Positions 35,566 through 44,060 of a DNA stretch of 63,109 nucleotides are shown piece after piece. Position 1 is the first letter of the stretch, and the number at the start of each line of letters is the position of its first letter. The notes under the pieces were generated by a model. The model saw only the letters and a list, made by a program, of their open reading frames with translations. It was not told where the DNA came from and did no database searches. This DNA comes from an uncultured archaeon (lineage in GTDB: Archaea > Aenigmatarchaeota > Aenigmatarchaeia > QMZP01): contig CAYGVS010000002.1 of NCBI GenBank assembly GCA_964353635.1, positions 1-63,109 on the forward strand, written 5' to 3'. The position numbers and the translations under genes were made by a program.

Positions 35566-36501
35566 TTACCTCTTTTCCTTCAGGCTCTTTATGGTTTCTG
35601 AAAGGCTTCTAAGCGTCTGCATCATCGGGTTGAGGCTGTCCTTCATGGCGCGCTCCACGGATTCCATCCTGGAGCCTATCTCGTCTATAGACTGCTTGTA
35701 GCCGTCTATCTTACCTTCTATCTCCATCAGGTCGCTCTTCTTGTCGCCCTGCATCTGGCCTATCCTCTGCTCGAGGGCTGCTATCCTGTCGTTGAGCTGC
35801 TGGAACCTGCCGTTCATGCCCTCGATCCTCTTGGTGAAGTCATCCCACTTCTCTTCCACTACGCTTTCCGTGAGCTCCTCTAGGGCGCGCCTCTTTTCTG
35901 TCCTTATATCATCCCTTGCCTTTGGCGCAATCCTGGGTATTGGCATTGCCATATCTTCCTCATCCTCAGGCATATCCTCCTCCGGCATAGCAGGGATATC
36001 GAAGCTCCTCTCTCTCGGAGGCCTGGCAGATGGCATGTCAAGGTCGTCATCCTTGTCATCCAAATCGGGCAGCTCCGGAAGGCCTATGTCCTTGTTTGCA
36101 TTCTTGAATTCCTCAAAATCAACAGGCGGCTCTAGGTTTCTTGGGCGAGGGGCTTGCGGATATGATGGAGGCCCTGGAAAGCCAGGCTCCTCCTCATAAG
36201 CAGGCTGGGAGTATGGTCTTGGCGCCGGAGGCCTTCTTGGCTGCGGGCCGTATTCCATAGAAGGTGCTGGAGCATAACTCTGCTCCTGCCTGGGTGGCTG
36301 CATCCTCGGAGGCGCTCCTGTAGCCATGCCTCTGAGAGCCTCTTTCATCGCATTGTCTACCTGGATCGGAGTGTAGCCTTCCTGTCGTAAGATCTGTATT
36401 ATCTCAGGCTCCGAAAGGCCTTGCGAAGAAAGCATCATGACCCTTTCGGTTGGAGAATGCATAGATGCAGGCGATTTTTTTCCGAAGGATAAGAGTTTCA
36501 T
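35566..36501 (-). CDS. hypothetical protein: small N-domain, Pro-rich linker, acidic region and C-terminal coiled coil
   Basis: 311 aa. Low-complexity PPRMQPPRQEQSYAPAPS...PPAPRPYSQP followed by a heptad-rich C-terminus. Confidence 0.55.
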   Translation of the reverse strand: MKLLSFGKKSPASMHSPTERVMMLSSQGLSEPEIIQILRQEGYTPIQVDNAMKEALRGMATGAPPRMQPPRQEQSYAPAPSMEYGPQPRRPPAPRPYSQPAYEEEPGFPGPPSYPQAPRPRNLEPPVDFEEFKNANKDIGLPELPDLDDKDDDLDMPSARPPRERSFDIPAMPEEDMPEDEEDMAMPIPRIAPKARDDIRTEKRRALEELTESVVEEKWDDFTKRIEGMNGRFQQLNDRIAALEQRIGQMQGDKKSDLMEIEGKIDGYKQSIDEIGSRMESVERAMKDSLNPMMQTLRSLSETIKSLKEKR

Positions 36502-36614
36502 TCAATCACATGATTGCCGAATGCGGCAGAGCCGCGGGCATATATATCTATTTTAAATCCCTACTATTTATTGTTTACACGCGTAGTGTGGCTGTAGTTG
36601 CCGTTGCAGTGGGT

Positions 36615-37025
36615 TCACTGCTTTTTTGGCTTCCGGATGACGTTATTGCCAAGTATCTTTTCAAGCTCCTCCTTGGTGACGAATGAGGATTTGAGGGGAT
36701 TGTAAATCTCAATTAGTGTTTCAAGCTCTTTAAGCCTCGTCTCAGTCACGAGCTTCTTCATGTGGCCTATGACCTCCTTGAGCGTGGAGTCTGATTTTGA
36801 GATGCCCGCTTCCAATACTGATATCTTGGAGCTCAGCTCCGTGAGAAGCCTCTGTACATCCCGCCTCTGCTGCAGCACTGACTGCTCCAGAGCCTCCACC
36901 CTTGATGTAAGGGACTCGGAAGACTGCTCAATGATCCTAAGCCTCTGGGTATCGCTGTTCACCCTTTCTATGAGCTCATTTAATATCGTGCGTGCGGTCC
37001 TGGGCTGCCTTTTTGGCGATGTCAT
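36615..37025 (-). CDS. hypothetical coiled-coil protein
   Basis: 136 aa, heptad-rich, no TM segment. Confidence 0.5.
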   Translation of the reverse strand: MTSPKRQPRTARTILNELIERVNSDTQRLRIIEQSSESLTSRVEALEQSVLQQRRDVQRLLTELSSKISVLEAGISKSDSTLKEVIGHMKKLVTETRLKELETLIEIYNPLKSSFVTKEELEKILGNNVIRKPKKQ

Positions 37026-37202
37026 ACTGTCACTCCTGATACTGGAACTACGTATATTATATTAGTCTGCCCGGATAATAAATATTCAGCAAGTTTTGTC
37101 TCTGACGGGTGGCGGAAAGGCGCCAAGAGTCGCCTTCTAACCGAAATCCGCTTTAAGGTGAAAACGAAGAGAGAAGGCGCCAATAGGCGCCTTCAGGTGA
37201 AC

Positions 37203-39467
37203 ATGGTGGCTGTCTGCGATTACGAATACGATGAAGAGCGGATGAGGCTAAGGATAAACTGCACTGGCTGCATCTACGGAGCCTCCATAGAGGATTTTGA
37301 TGAATGCATGGCCAGGACTATTGACAAGATTCTTGAGGTCAAGAAGGTCACAAGCATAGTCTTGGCAAAGAACAGGGAATACGAATACGACTATGAGCAG
37401 ACAAAGATACTTGTGGAGATAGCAAAGGTGATCGAGGATGTGATAAGGAGCAAGCTCATCTCCAAGAGGAACGTGGAGCCCGTGGGGTGCGAGAAGTGCT
37501 ATCCTGGAAGGATGGCTAAGGTCCAGGACATAGTGATAAACCAGCTGAGGAGGGACCCTGTTGGCGCATATGCTGAGCTTATCCGGGAGATTAGGTCAGT
37601 GACAATCAAGCTCAAGAGGCCTGAGAGCAAGAAATGCAGCGAATGCCTTACCCTTTTCAGGGACAGAGTGCTGGAGGTGCTGAAAGCCAGGATGGAAAAG
37701 ACCCAGATGATAATGCTGGCCAAGCCTCACATAGCGGGATACCATATTGGCGACAGGGCCATATACAGGCAGATATTCAGCCCCAGCGTGCGGCCGAACT
37801 TCATGCTCACAAGATACATGATCACTCCCCCGGAAGGCAGCAGGTCTGTTGACAGGTACAAGGTAGGGGACGTGCAGGTCGAGATATTCAAGATATCCGG
37901 TCACACAGGCTATTTCTATTACACAATGCCTCCTGAGTTCAGGCTGAGCGAGGAGAAGTATTCAGTGCTCGATGCGGCAAGGGCTTACATGGCATCGCAC
38001 AGGCCCAAGAACGTTGAGTTCGTGAAGTCCAAGAACGTCAGGGACATCTTCTACAGCATTGGCAAGGACATGATTAGGGAGATGGCCGACAGCATGGGAG
38101 TCTCACTGACCTTGGCTGACCTGGAGCAGATATCCACCATTCTCACAAGATACACCGCAGGTTTGGGCGTGCTCGAGGTTCTCCTGGCGGACGAGAAGAT
38201 ACAGGACATTTACATCAATTCCCCTGTGGAGAACCAGCCGGTCATGATATACCACCAGGACTGGGAGGAGTGCAAGACCAACCTCATACCCAGCATGGAG
38301 GATGCCGAATCATGGGCGACCCGCCTGAGGATACAGTCAGGAAGGCCTCTGGATGAGGCCAACCCCGTGCTGGACACGGACGTGAAAGTCCCTGGAGGGG
38401 ACGCGAGGTTCTGCGTGATAACAAGGACGCTCTCCCCCCACGGGATGGGCTTTGCGATAAGGCGGCACAGGGACAAGCCATGGACCCTTCCGCTTTTCAT
38501 AAAGACCAAGATGATTAGCCCTCTTGGCGCAGGGCTGCTCTCTTTCCTGATAGACGGGGCAGTTAGCATACTGGTCGCAGGCGGCAGGGGAGCAGGCAAG
38601 ACCTCTGTGCTGGGTTCCATTATGCTGGAGATACTCCCAAAGACCAGAATTGTAACTATTGAAGACACCCTCGAGCTCCCTGTGGAGCAGCTGAGGGAGC
38701 TGCATTACAATATCGAGCGCCTCAAATCCAGGTCAGTGATAACCAGAGTGGAGACTGAGATGCCTGCGGACGAGGCATTAAGGACTGCGCTCAGGCTGGG
38801 GGATTCCGCGCTTGTGATAGGCGAGGTCAGGTCCACAGAAGCAAAGGCGCTTTATGAGGCCATGCGCATAGGCGCGCTCTCGAACGTTGTAGCAGGTACG
38901 ATACACGGAGAATCAGCTTATGGTGTGTATGACAGGGTAGTGAATGACCTTGGGGTCCCGCCCACATCCTTCAAGGCAACAGACATCATACCCATCTGCA
39001 AATCCCTCCGGTCAGCGGACGGCATGCATAGGTTCAGGCGCATGACAGAGATAACTGAGATACGCAAGGAATGGGACAAGAACCCTGCGAAGGAAGGAGG
39101 GTTCGTGAACCTAATGGCCTACTCAAGCAAGGAAGACACTCTCAAGCCTACGGAAACACTCCTTAACGGGGAGTCAGAGATCCTGAACAGGATAGCCTCT
39201 TATGTTAAGGACTGGAGCGGCAACTGGAACGCTGTCTGGGACAACATACAGCTCAGGGCAAAGATAAAACAGACACTGGTTGATTTCGCGGAAAAGACAA
39301 AGAATCCCAACCTTCTTGAGGCTGAATGGGTCGTGCGCTCAAATCACAAATTCCATCTGCTGCAGGAGGAGCTGAGAACGGAGACAGGGGCTGCTGAAGT
39401 GGATGAGGTCTACAACGAGTGGCTCAAGTGGCTGAAGGACAGCCTTGCTAAAGCCAAGAAATACTAA
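37203..39467 (+). CDS. FlaI/PilB/GspE-family secretion ATPase with a ~330-aa N-terminal extension (ATPase 3)
   Basis: Walker A GGRGAGKTS, then TIEDTLEL, IGEVRSTEA and GTIHG motifs. The N-terminal region carries CTGC, CEKC and CSEC pairs. The ATG at 37203 follows GGTGA; the track's GTG start at 37158 would place a 9-bp hairpin inside the CDS. Confidence 0.85.
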   Translation: MVAVCDYEYDEERMRLRINCTGCIYGASIEDFDECMARTIDKILEVKKVTSIVLAKNREYEYDYEQTKILVEIAKVIEDVIRSKLISKRNVEPVGCEKCYPGRMAKVQDIVINQLRRDPVGAYAELIREIRSVTIKLKRPESKKCSECLTLFRDRVLEVLKARMEKTQMIMLAKPHIAGYHIGDRAIYRQIFSPSVRPNFMLTRYMITPPEGSRSVDRYKVGDVQVEIFKISGHTGYFYYTMPPEFRLSEEKYSVLDAARAYMASHRPKNVEFVKSKNVRDIFYSIGKDMIREMADSMGVSLTLADLEQISTILTRYTAGLGVLEVLLADEKIQDIYINSPVENQPVMIYHQDWEECKTNLIPSMEDAESWATRLRIQSGRPLDEANPVLDTDVKVPGGDARFCVITRTLSPHGMGFAIRRHRDKPWTLPLFIKTKMISPLGAGLLSFLIDGAVSILVAGGRGAGKTSVLGSIMLEILPKTRIVTIEDTLELPVEQLRELHYNIERLKSRSVITRVETEMPADEALRTALRLGDSALVIGEVRSTEAKALYEAMRIGALSNVVAGTIHGESAYGVYDRVVNDLGVPPTSFKATDIIPICKSLRSADGMHRFRRMTEITEIRKEWDKNPAKEGGFVNLMAYSSKEDTLKPTETLLNGESEILNRIASYVKDWSGNWNAVWDNIQLRAKIKQTLVDFAEKTKNPNLLEAEWVVRSNHKFHLLQEELRTETGAAEVDEVYNEWLKWLKDSLAKAKKY

Positions 39468-40837
39468 ACTAACCTGAAAACATAGATGTACTCGTTGTCA
39501 TACACCTTCTGGAACCTGTCAAGGCAGGTCATGTTCTGTTGCCTGATAAACCAGTCCTCCAGGTAGGCGTATTGAATATCATATCCTTCAGGGACCTTGC
39601 AGGTCCTATAAAATTCCTTGAGCTCAGCCATCCTCTGGTCTGCATCAGGAGCATATTCCGCATAGCCATCCACGAAGCTCCTCCTGTAAGCGATTCCTGT
39701 TATCCAGTGGCCGTGGGACCAGTCAGAGATGATTGTGCCGTTCTCAGGGGTGTTGCCTTTGATCCACAGAAGGGTTTCAGTCTGGCTTTTTGTGGGCCAG
39801 GATGTTCCAAATGAAAAGGCTGCCAGGGAGCCTATAACAAGAGAGTATGCAAGGAAGGCCAGAAGCAGGAGCTTGCTGTATTTTTTGGGCATATGTGAAA
39901 GCTGGTAAGCCCCCAAAGCAGCAAGCATCGCCGCAGGGAAAACAAGATACATGAGGAGCCTTGTGGAGATGAGAGCCAGCAAGAGAGATATTAAAAACCA
40001 TTTCCTGAGGAAGGAGTTCCCGGACTTCCAGAGGCCAAAGAAAGACAAGATGATTACCCCAAGCGCAAGGTTGTCATAGGTCGGGTTTCCATCCTTAAAG
40101 GACGTTTCCCAGGCAAAGAACGGGAGGTTGAAGGACTCTAGGCCGTAGTTCCTTGCTGCATAATCCGCGTGCAGGGCATTCTGCTGCGGTATGCCGTATG
40201 CAAGATAGAAAGGTACGTAAAAGAATCCGGAGAACAGGAGCGCTAGGCCCACAAACCTGAGGTTCTTTAGGTATTTTTTATCCGCGATTAGCGAAAGGAA
40301 TGAGAATATCAAGCCGGTCTCGGGATGGAAGACAAGAGAGAAGGCCAGCGGGATGGACACCCACCACCAGGGCTTCTTCTTCAGCACAAGATAGATTGCC
40401 AGCAGGCCCAGGACTATTGGCGGGGAGCGCGTGGAAAGGTGTGAGAACAAATAAATAAACGTGGGAGAGGAGAGCAGGAAAACAAGAAAGGCCTTTTTCT
40501 TCCCAATCAAGTCTTTTGCGATTGCAAAGCATAATACAGCCACAGCGCCTCCAAGAATCCCCATCATCACGAAGCCGCCCAGCTCCAGGCCGAATGGGAC
40601 GGCGAAGCCTGCCAGCATGAAAGAGAAGAATGGCGGGTATGTGTAAGGCCTGCCTCCAAAGCTGAGCGGGTCATACCATGAGAAATCTCCGGATAGGATG
40701 TATCCCGCAATCCTCTGGTGATAGTATGTTGGGAACCCTATTATCCCGGGAATCCCAAGCGCAGCCCTTATGATTACTGGGGATAGCGATATCAGAAAGC
40801 CAATAGCGAACAAGGCGACGAACTGTTTCAGCTTCAT
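39464..40837 (-). CDS. GT-C fold membrane glycosyltransferase, minimal AglB/STT3-like candidate
   Basis: ~11-13 TM segments. Loop-1 YYHQR and YDPLSFGGRPYTYPPFF resemble AglB/STT3. DWSHGHWI (nt 39701-39724) sits where WWDYG is expected. Confidence 0.5.
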   Translation of the reverse strand: MKLKQFVALFAIGFLISLSPVIIRAALGIPGIIGFPTYYHQRIAGYILSGDFSWYDPLSFGGRPYTYPPFFSFMLAGFAVPFGLELGGFVMMGILGGAVAVLCFAIAKDLIGKKKAFLVFLLSSPTFIYLFSHLSTRSPPIVLGLLAIYLVLKKKPWWWVSIPLAFSLVFHPETGLIFSFLSLIADKKYLKNLRFVGLALLFSGFFYVPFYLAYGIPQQNALHADYAARNYGLESFNLPFFAWETSFKDGNPTYDNLALGVIILSFFGLWKSGNSFLRKWFLISLLLALISTRLLMYLVFPAAMLAALGAYQLSHMPKKYSKLLLLAFLAYSLVIGSLAAFSFGTSWPTKSQTETLLWIKGNTPENGTIISDWSHGHWITGIAYRRSFVDGYAEYAPDADQRMAELKEFYRTCKVPEGYDIQYAYLEDWFIRQQNMTCLDRFQKVYDNEYIYVFRLV

Positions 40838-40906
40838 CCAAACCCCTTCTATTAGAAATTAAAGGCTTTGGGTCTTAACTCGTCCATCCAATAGAAAAGT
40901 GATAAG

Positions 40907-41584
40907 ATGAATGTTTCTGTTATAGTCCCCGCAAAGGACGAGGAGAAGAATATAGGTAAAGTGATTGAGGGGATTAAAGCCAGCTGCAAGGATTGCGAGT
41001 TAATTGTAGTTGATGACGGCTCAGAAGACAGGACATCAGAGGTGGCGGAGTCCTTGGGATGCAGGGTCTTAAGGCTTGAGGAAAACCATGGCAAGGGGTT
41101 TGCTTGCAGGTTGGGCGCAGAAAACGCCTCATCACAGAAAATCGTTTTCATTGACGCTGACGGTCAGTTCTATTCAGAGGAGATACCCAAGCTGGCAGAA
41201 AAGCTCAATGAATGCGATATCGCAATCGGCTCAAGGGACTGGGAAGCAGTTCCCATTCAAAGGAGGCTTTCAAACCGTTTCTCCCGCTTCCTTGTGAACT
41301 CTGCCACAAAATCCAGATACAGAGATGTGCTGTGCGGGTTCAGGGCTGTGAGGAGAGACTCCTTCATCAAGCTAGGATTGGGAAAAAACAGGTATGAGTT
41401 CGAGGTTGAGATGCTCATAAAGGCGCACAAAAAAGGCCTCCGTGTGTGCGAGGTTCCAGTAAGAGTGAGGTATCTGGACTATCCTGGAATGCCGATATCA
41501 CAAAGCATTAAACTCGCTTTATTTATTATAACGCAAAGGTTAAGCTTTGAAAAGAAGGTGGTTTCACCACCTTCAAATAAGTGA
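40907..41584 (+). CDS. GT2 glycosyltransferase, Dol-P-sugar synthase (DPM1/AglD-like)
   Basis: VSVIVPAKDEEKNI...VVDDGSEDRT...IDADGQ motifs. 225 aa, with the AGTGAT SD. Confidence 0.75.
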   Translation: MNVSVIVPAKDEEKNIGKVIEGIKASCKDCELIVVDDGSEDRTSEVAESLGCRVLRLEENHGKGFACRLGAENASSQKIVFIDADGQFYSEEIPKLAEKLNECDIAIGSRDWEAVPIQRRLSNRFSRFLVNSATKSRYRDVLCGFRAVRRDSFIKLGLGKNRYEFEVEMLIKAHKKGLRVCEVPVRVRYLDYPGMPISQSIKLALFIITQRLSFEKKVVSPPSNK

Positions 41585-41588
41585 TGCT

Positions 41589-42023
41589 ATGAACGAATGG
41601 GTGGTCCTCCTTTCAGTTGTCCCGGCCATAGAAGCCATGTGGGCGAGCTCATATTTCTTTTTCTCCAACCAGCTGGCTTACGTCCCGCTATGCATTATTC
41701 TCAACTTCCTGGGTGTTGTAGCTTTCCTGAAGATTCTGGACAAAGGAATGCTTCCCTCCAGGATCGAGCGGTTTCTGGAGAAGACGGCAGGGAAGGCCAT
41801 GAAGAAGGCGGAAGGCTGGTTCCAGAAATACGGCAATTTCACCTTGCTGGTGCTCATTGCCCTTCCATTCACAGGAGTGGGCTCTTATACTGGCGCATTC
41901 ATAGGAAGAATATTCGAGCTGAAAGGCAGGATGTTCTACATCATGATCCTGGGTTCAATAACCCTTTCAGTGGCTTTCGGATTTTTCATTGGCACTTTTG
42001 CCGGCATTTTCTTCAGGGTTTAA
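41589..42023 (+). CDS. small membrane protein, Sm_multidrug_ex (COG2426)-like
   Basis: LLSVVPAIEAMWASSYFF N-terminal motif and 4 TM segments. The ATG at 41589 is preceded by GTGATGCT. Confidence 0.5.
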   Translation: MNEWVVLLSVVPAIEAMWASSYFFFSNQLAYVPLCIILNFLGVVAFLKILDKGMLPSRIERFLEKTAGKAMKKAEGWFQKYGNFTLLVLIALPFTGVGSYTGAFIGRIFELKGRMFYIMILGSITLSVAFGFFIGTFAGIFFRV

Positions 42024-43374
42024 CTTCGCTGTAGGATGCCTTGGGTGTTTTGTAGAACTGCTGGTCCACTCCAAGAAGCGCCTTGAATACAGCCAGTGTG
42101 TTGGTGAACTGCACGACGAATCCTACGAGGAAAATGTAAGGCAGTATTGTCAGGTTTCTGTAGTTCTTCGTCATTATCATAGATACTGCGCACTCGAATA
42201 TGTAGCCGCAGGTTAGAATCATCAGCCCTATTCCCTCCCATGAAAACATGTCAGACATGGCCAGGCCGAAGGATCTAGACAAGGCTACGCCATCAAATAG
42301 CACGCCTGTCGTGTTTGGCCCGAACCATGGAGCCATAAGAATCAGGGTCGAAAGCGTGACTCCCAGGATAAAAGGGAAGACCATGAAGCCGGTGACTATG
42401 AAAACCATGTCTATCTTTTGCGTGCGCGTGAGCGTCTTTGAGCTGATTATGCCGCCCAGGTAATCCTTCATAACCTTCGTGGTCCCGTATGCCCATCTTG
42501 ACTGTTGCTTGACAAAGGCCTTGAGCGTCTCAGGGACCTCACCCTTGACTTTCACGTAGGGGAGGTAGGCCTGCCTGTATCCCTTCTTCAGAATCCTTAT
42601 GGTCAGGTCTATGTCCTCGCCAATGTTCTTCTCGTTCCATCCTCCTGCCTCCAGCAGAACATCCTTCCTCACAGCCCCTCCGGTGCCGCAAAATATGGAG
42701 GTCCCGAGCTTCTCCTTTATGGGCATAGAGCACTGGTGGAACGCGCTGTAGGAAGTCATAGCCAGCCTTGATATCCTGTTGGCCGCCGGGTTAAGATAGT
42801 CCCATCTTGTCTGGACGAAAGCGATGTTGCTTTCCTGCAGAAAGGGTTGCACGGTCTTCCTGAGAAAGTCCTTTCCAGGCCTGTAATCCGAATCGAAGAT
42901 GGCAATCAAGTCCCCGTTTGATATCCTGGTCGCGTCATTGAGGGCACCTGCCTTGAAACCTCTCCTGGAATCCCTTCTTAAAATCCGGAAGCTGATATTC
43001 TTGCCTGAAGGCGACTCATGTCGCCTTCCTTCAGTTTTCAAGTCTTTGAGCATCTTTGTCGTCTTGCCATCTGTGCTGTCGTCTATCACTATGATCTCGT
43101 ACTTGTCCTTGGGGTAATCGAATTTCAGGCAGGTCTTGACGCACTCCACAACCACAGGATCGTTATATACAGGTATCTGCACGGTAACCTTTGGGAGAGG
43201 TTTTGCAGACACCGTCCATCGCGGCTTGTACTTGTAGAATATGCTGGAAAAACCAAGCGCATAGAATTTGAGGGAGTAGATAATCAGGGGTATCATGCAT
43301 GCGTAGAAAAGCATCTTCCCGAAGAACAGCCAGTCCATAATCTCTTTCCTCAGACTTGTATCGAACGAATCCAC
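42013..43374 (-). CDS. processive GT2 beta-glycan synthase-like (cellulose/chitin/NodC-type)
   Basis: VIDDSTDG, FDSDY, GGAVR and QQSRWAYG (QxxRW) motifs with N- and C-terminal TM bundles. Confidence 0.75.
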   Translation of the reverse strand: MDSFDTSLRKEIMDWLFFGKMLFYACMIPLIIYSLKFYALGFSSIFYKYKPRWTVSAKPLPKVTVQIPVYNDPVVVECVKTCLKFDYPKDKYEIIVIDDSTDGKTTKMLKDLKTEGRRHESPSGKNISFRILRRDSRRGFKAGALNDATRISNGDLIAIFDSDYRPGKDFLRKTVQPFLQESNIAFVQTRWDYLNPAANRISRLAMTSYSAFHQCSMPIKEKLGTSIFCGTGGAVRKDVLLEAGGWNEKNIGEDIDLTIRILKKGYRQAYLPYVKVKGEVPETLKAFVKQQSRWAYGTTKVMKDYLGGIISSKTLTRTQKIDMVFIVTGFMVFPFILGVTLSTLILMAPWFGPNTTGVLFDGVALSRSFGLAMSDMFSWEGIGLMILTCGYIFECAVSMIMTKNYRNLTILPYIFLVGFVVQFTNTLAVFKALLGVDQQFYKTPKASYSEVKP

Positions 43375-43421
43375 TTATTGGTAATATATTAATAAAGGAT
43401 TTATAATATAACCGATTTGCT

Positions 43422-44060
43422 ATGAGAAAGACCTTCCCTTTCCTTATTGTACTGTTTTTCGTAGTGTTTATCTCAGGGTTTCTGATAGGCTATTTCGCTG
43501 AGAGGACGGGTATGGTCTACGCGCAGAGCGAGATTGATCGACTTCGCAATCAAGTGGATAACATGCAGCTACAGGAGATGTTTATAACAGGGGAAAAGGT
43601 GGACTGCAAGCTAATGTACTCAACAATGGGTAAGGTTTCCTGGGACCTGTATGATTTGGTTGACCGGATCAAGGTCACAAGACCCGAAACAGAGGAGTTT
43701 TATGGGCTCAAAAGAGAGGCCGACCTTATGTCGCTAAGGACTTGGATAATCGCAAGGAACATACAGCAGCAGTGCAAAAGCGACATCGTGCCAGTGCTTT
43801 TTATCTATTCTGGATATTGCCCCGAATGTAACAGCCAGGACGCTATTCTCAAAACGGTAAAACAAAACCATCCGGAAGTTATGGTTTATGCAATCGATTT
43901 TGACATGAAAGAGGATGCAACAAATCTTGTAAAGGCAGCCTACAGCATAACCTCCACACCCTCTATGATAATAAACCACACTCTTTACGGAAAGCTTTCC
44001 AAAGAAGAGATGGAAGAAATTATTTGCCAGACCATCAATTGCGGATCTTCTCAAGTATAG
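43422..44060 (+). CDS. membrane-anchored thioredoxin-fold protein (CPEC motif)
   Basis: N-terminal TM anchor. VLFIYSGYCPECNSQ looks like a thioredoxin/glutaredoxin CxxC site, followed by ...TPSMII. Confidence 0.5.
   Translation: MRKTFPFLIVLFFVVFISGFLIGYFAERTGMVYAQSEIDRLRNQVDNMQLQEMFITGEKVDCKLMYSTMGKVSWDLYDLVDRIKVTRPETEEFYGLKREADLMSLRTWIIARNIQQQCKSDIVPVLFIYSGYCPECNSQDAILKTVKQNHPEVMVYAIDFDMKEDATNLVKAAYSITSTPSMIINHTLYGKLSKEEMEEIICQTINCGSSQV

Noticed and set aside
37158-37202. GTG start at 37158 for ATPase 3 (track model, 769 aa)
   Set aside because: The extension would encode a 9-bp perfect hairpin (37173-37194) and lacks an SD. The ATG at 37203 has a GGTGA SD 3 nt upstream.
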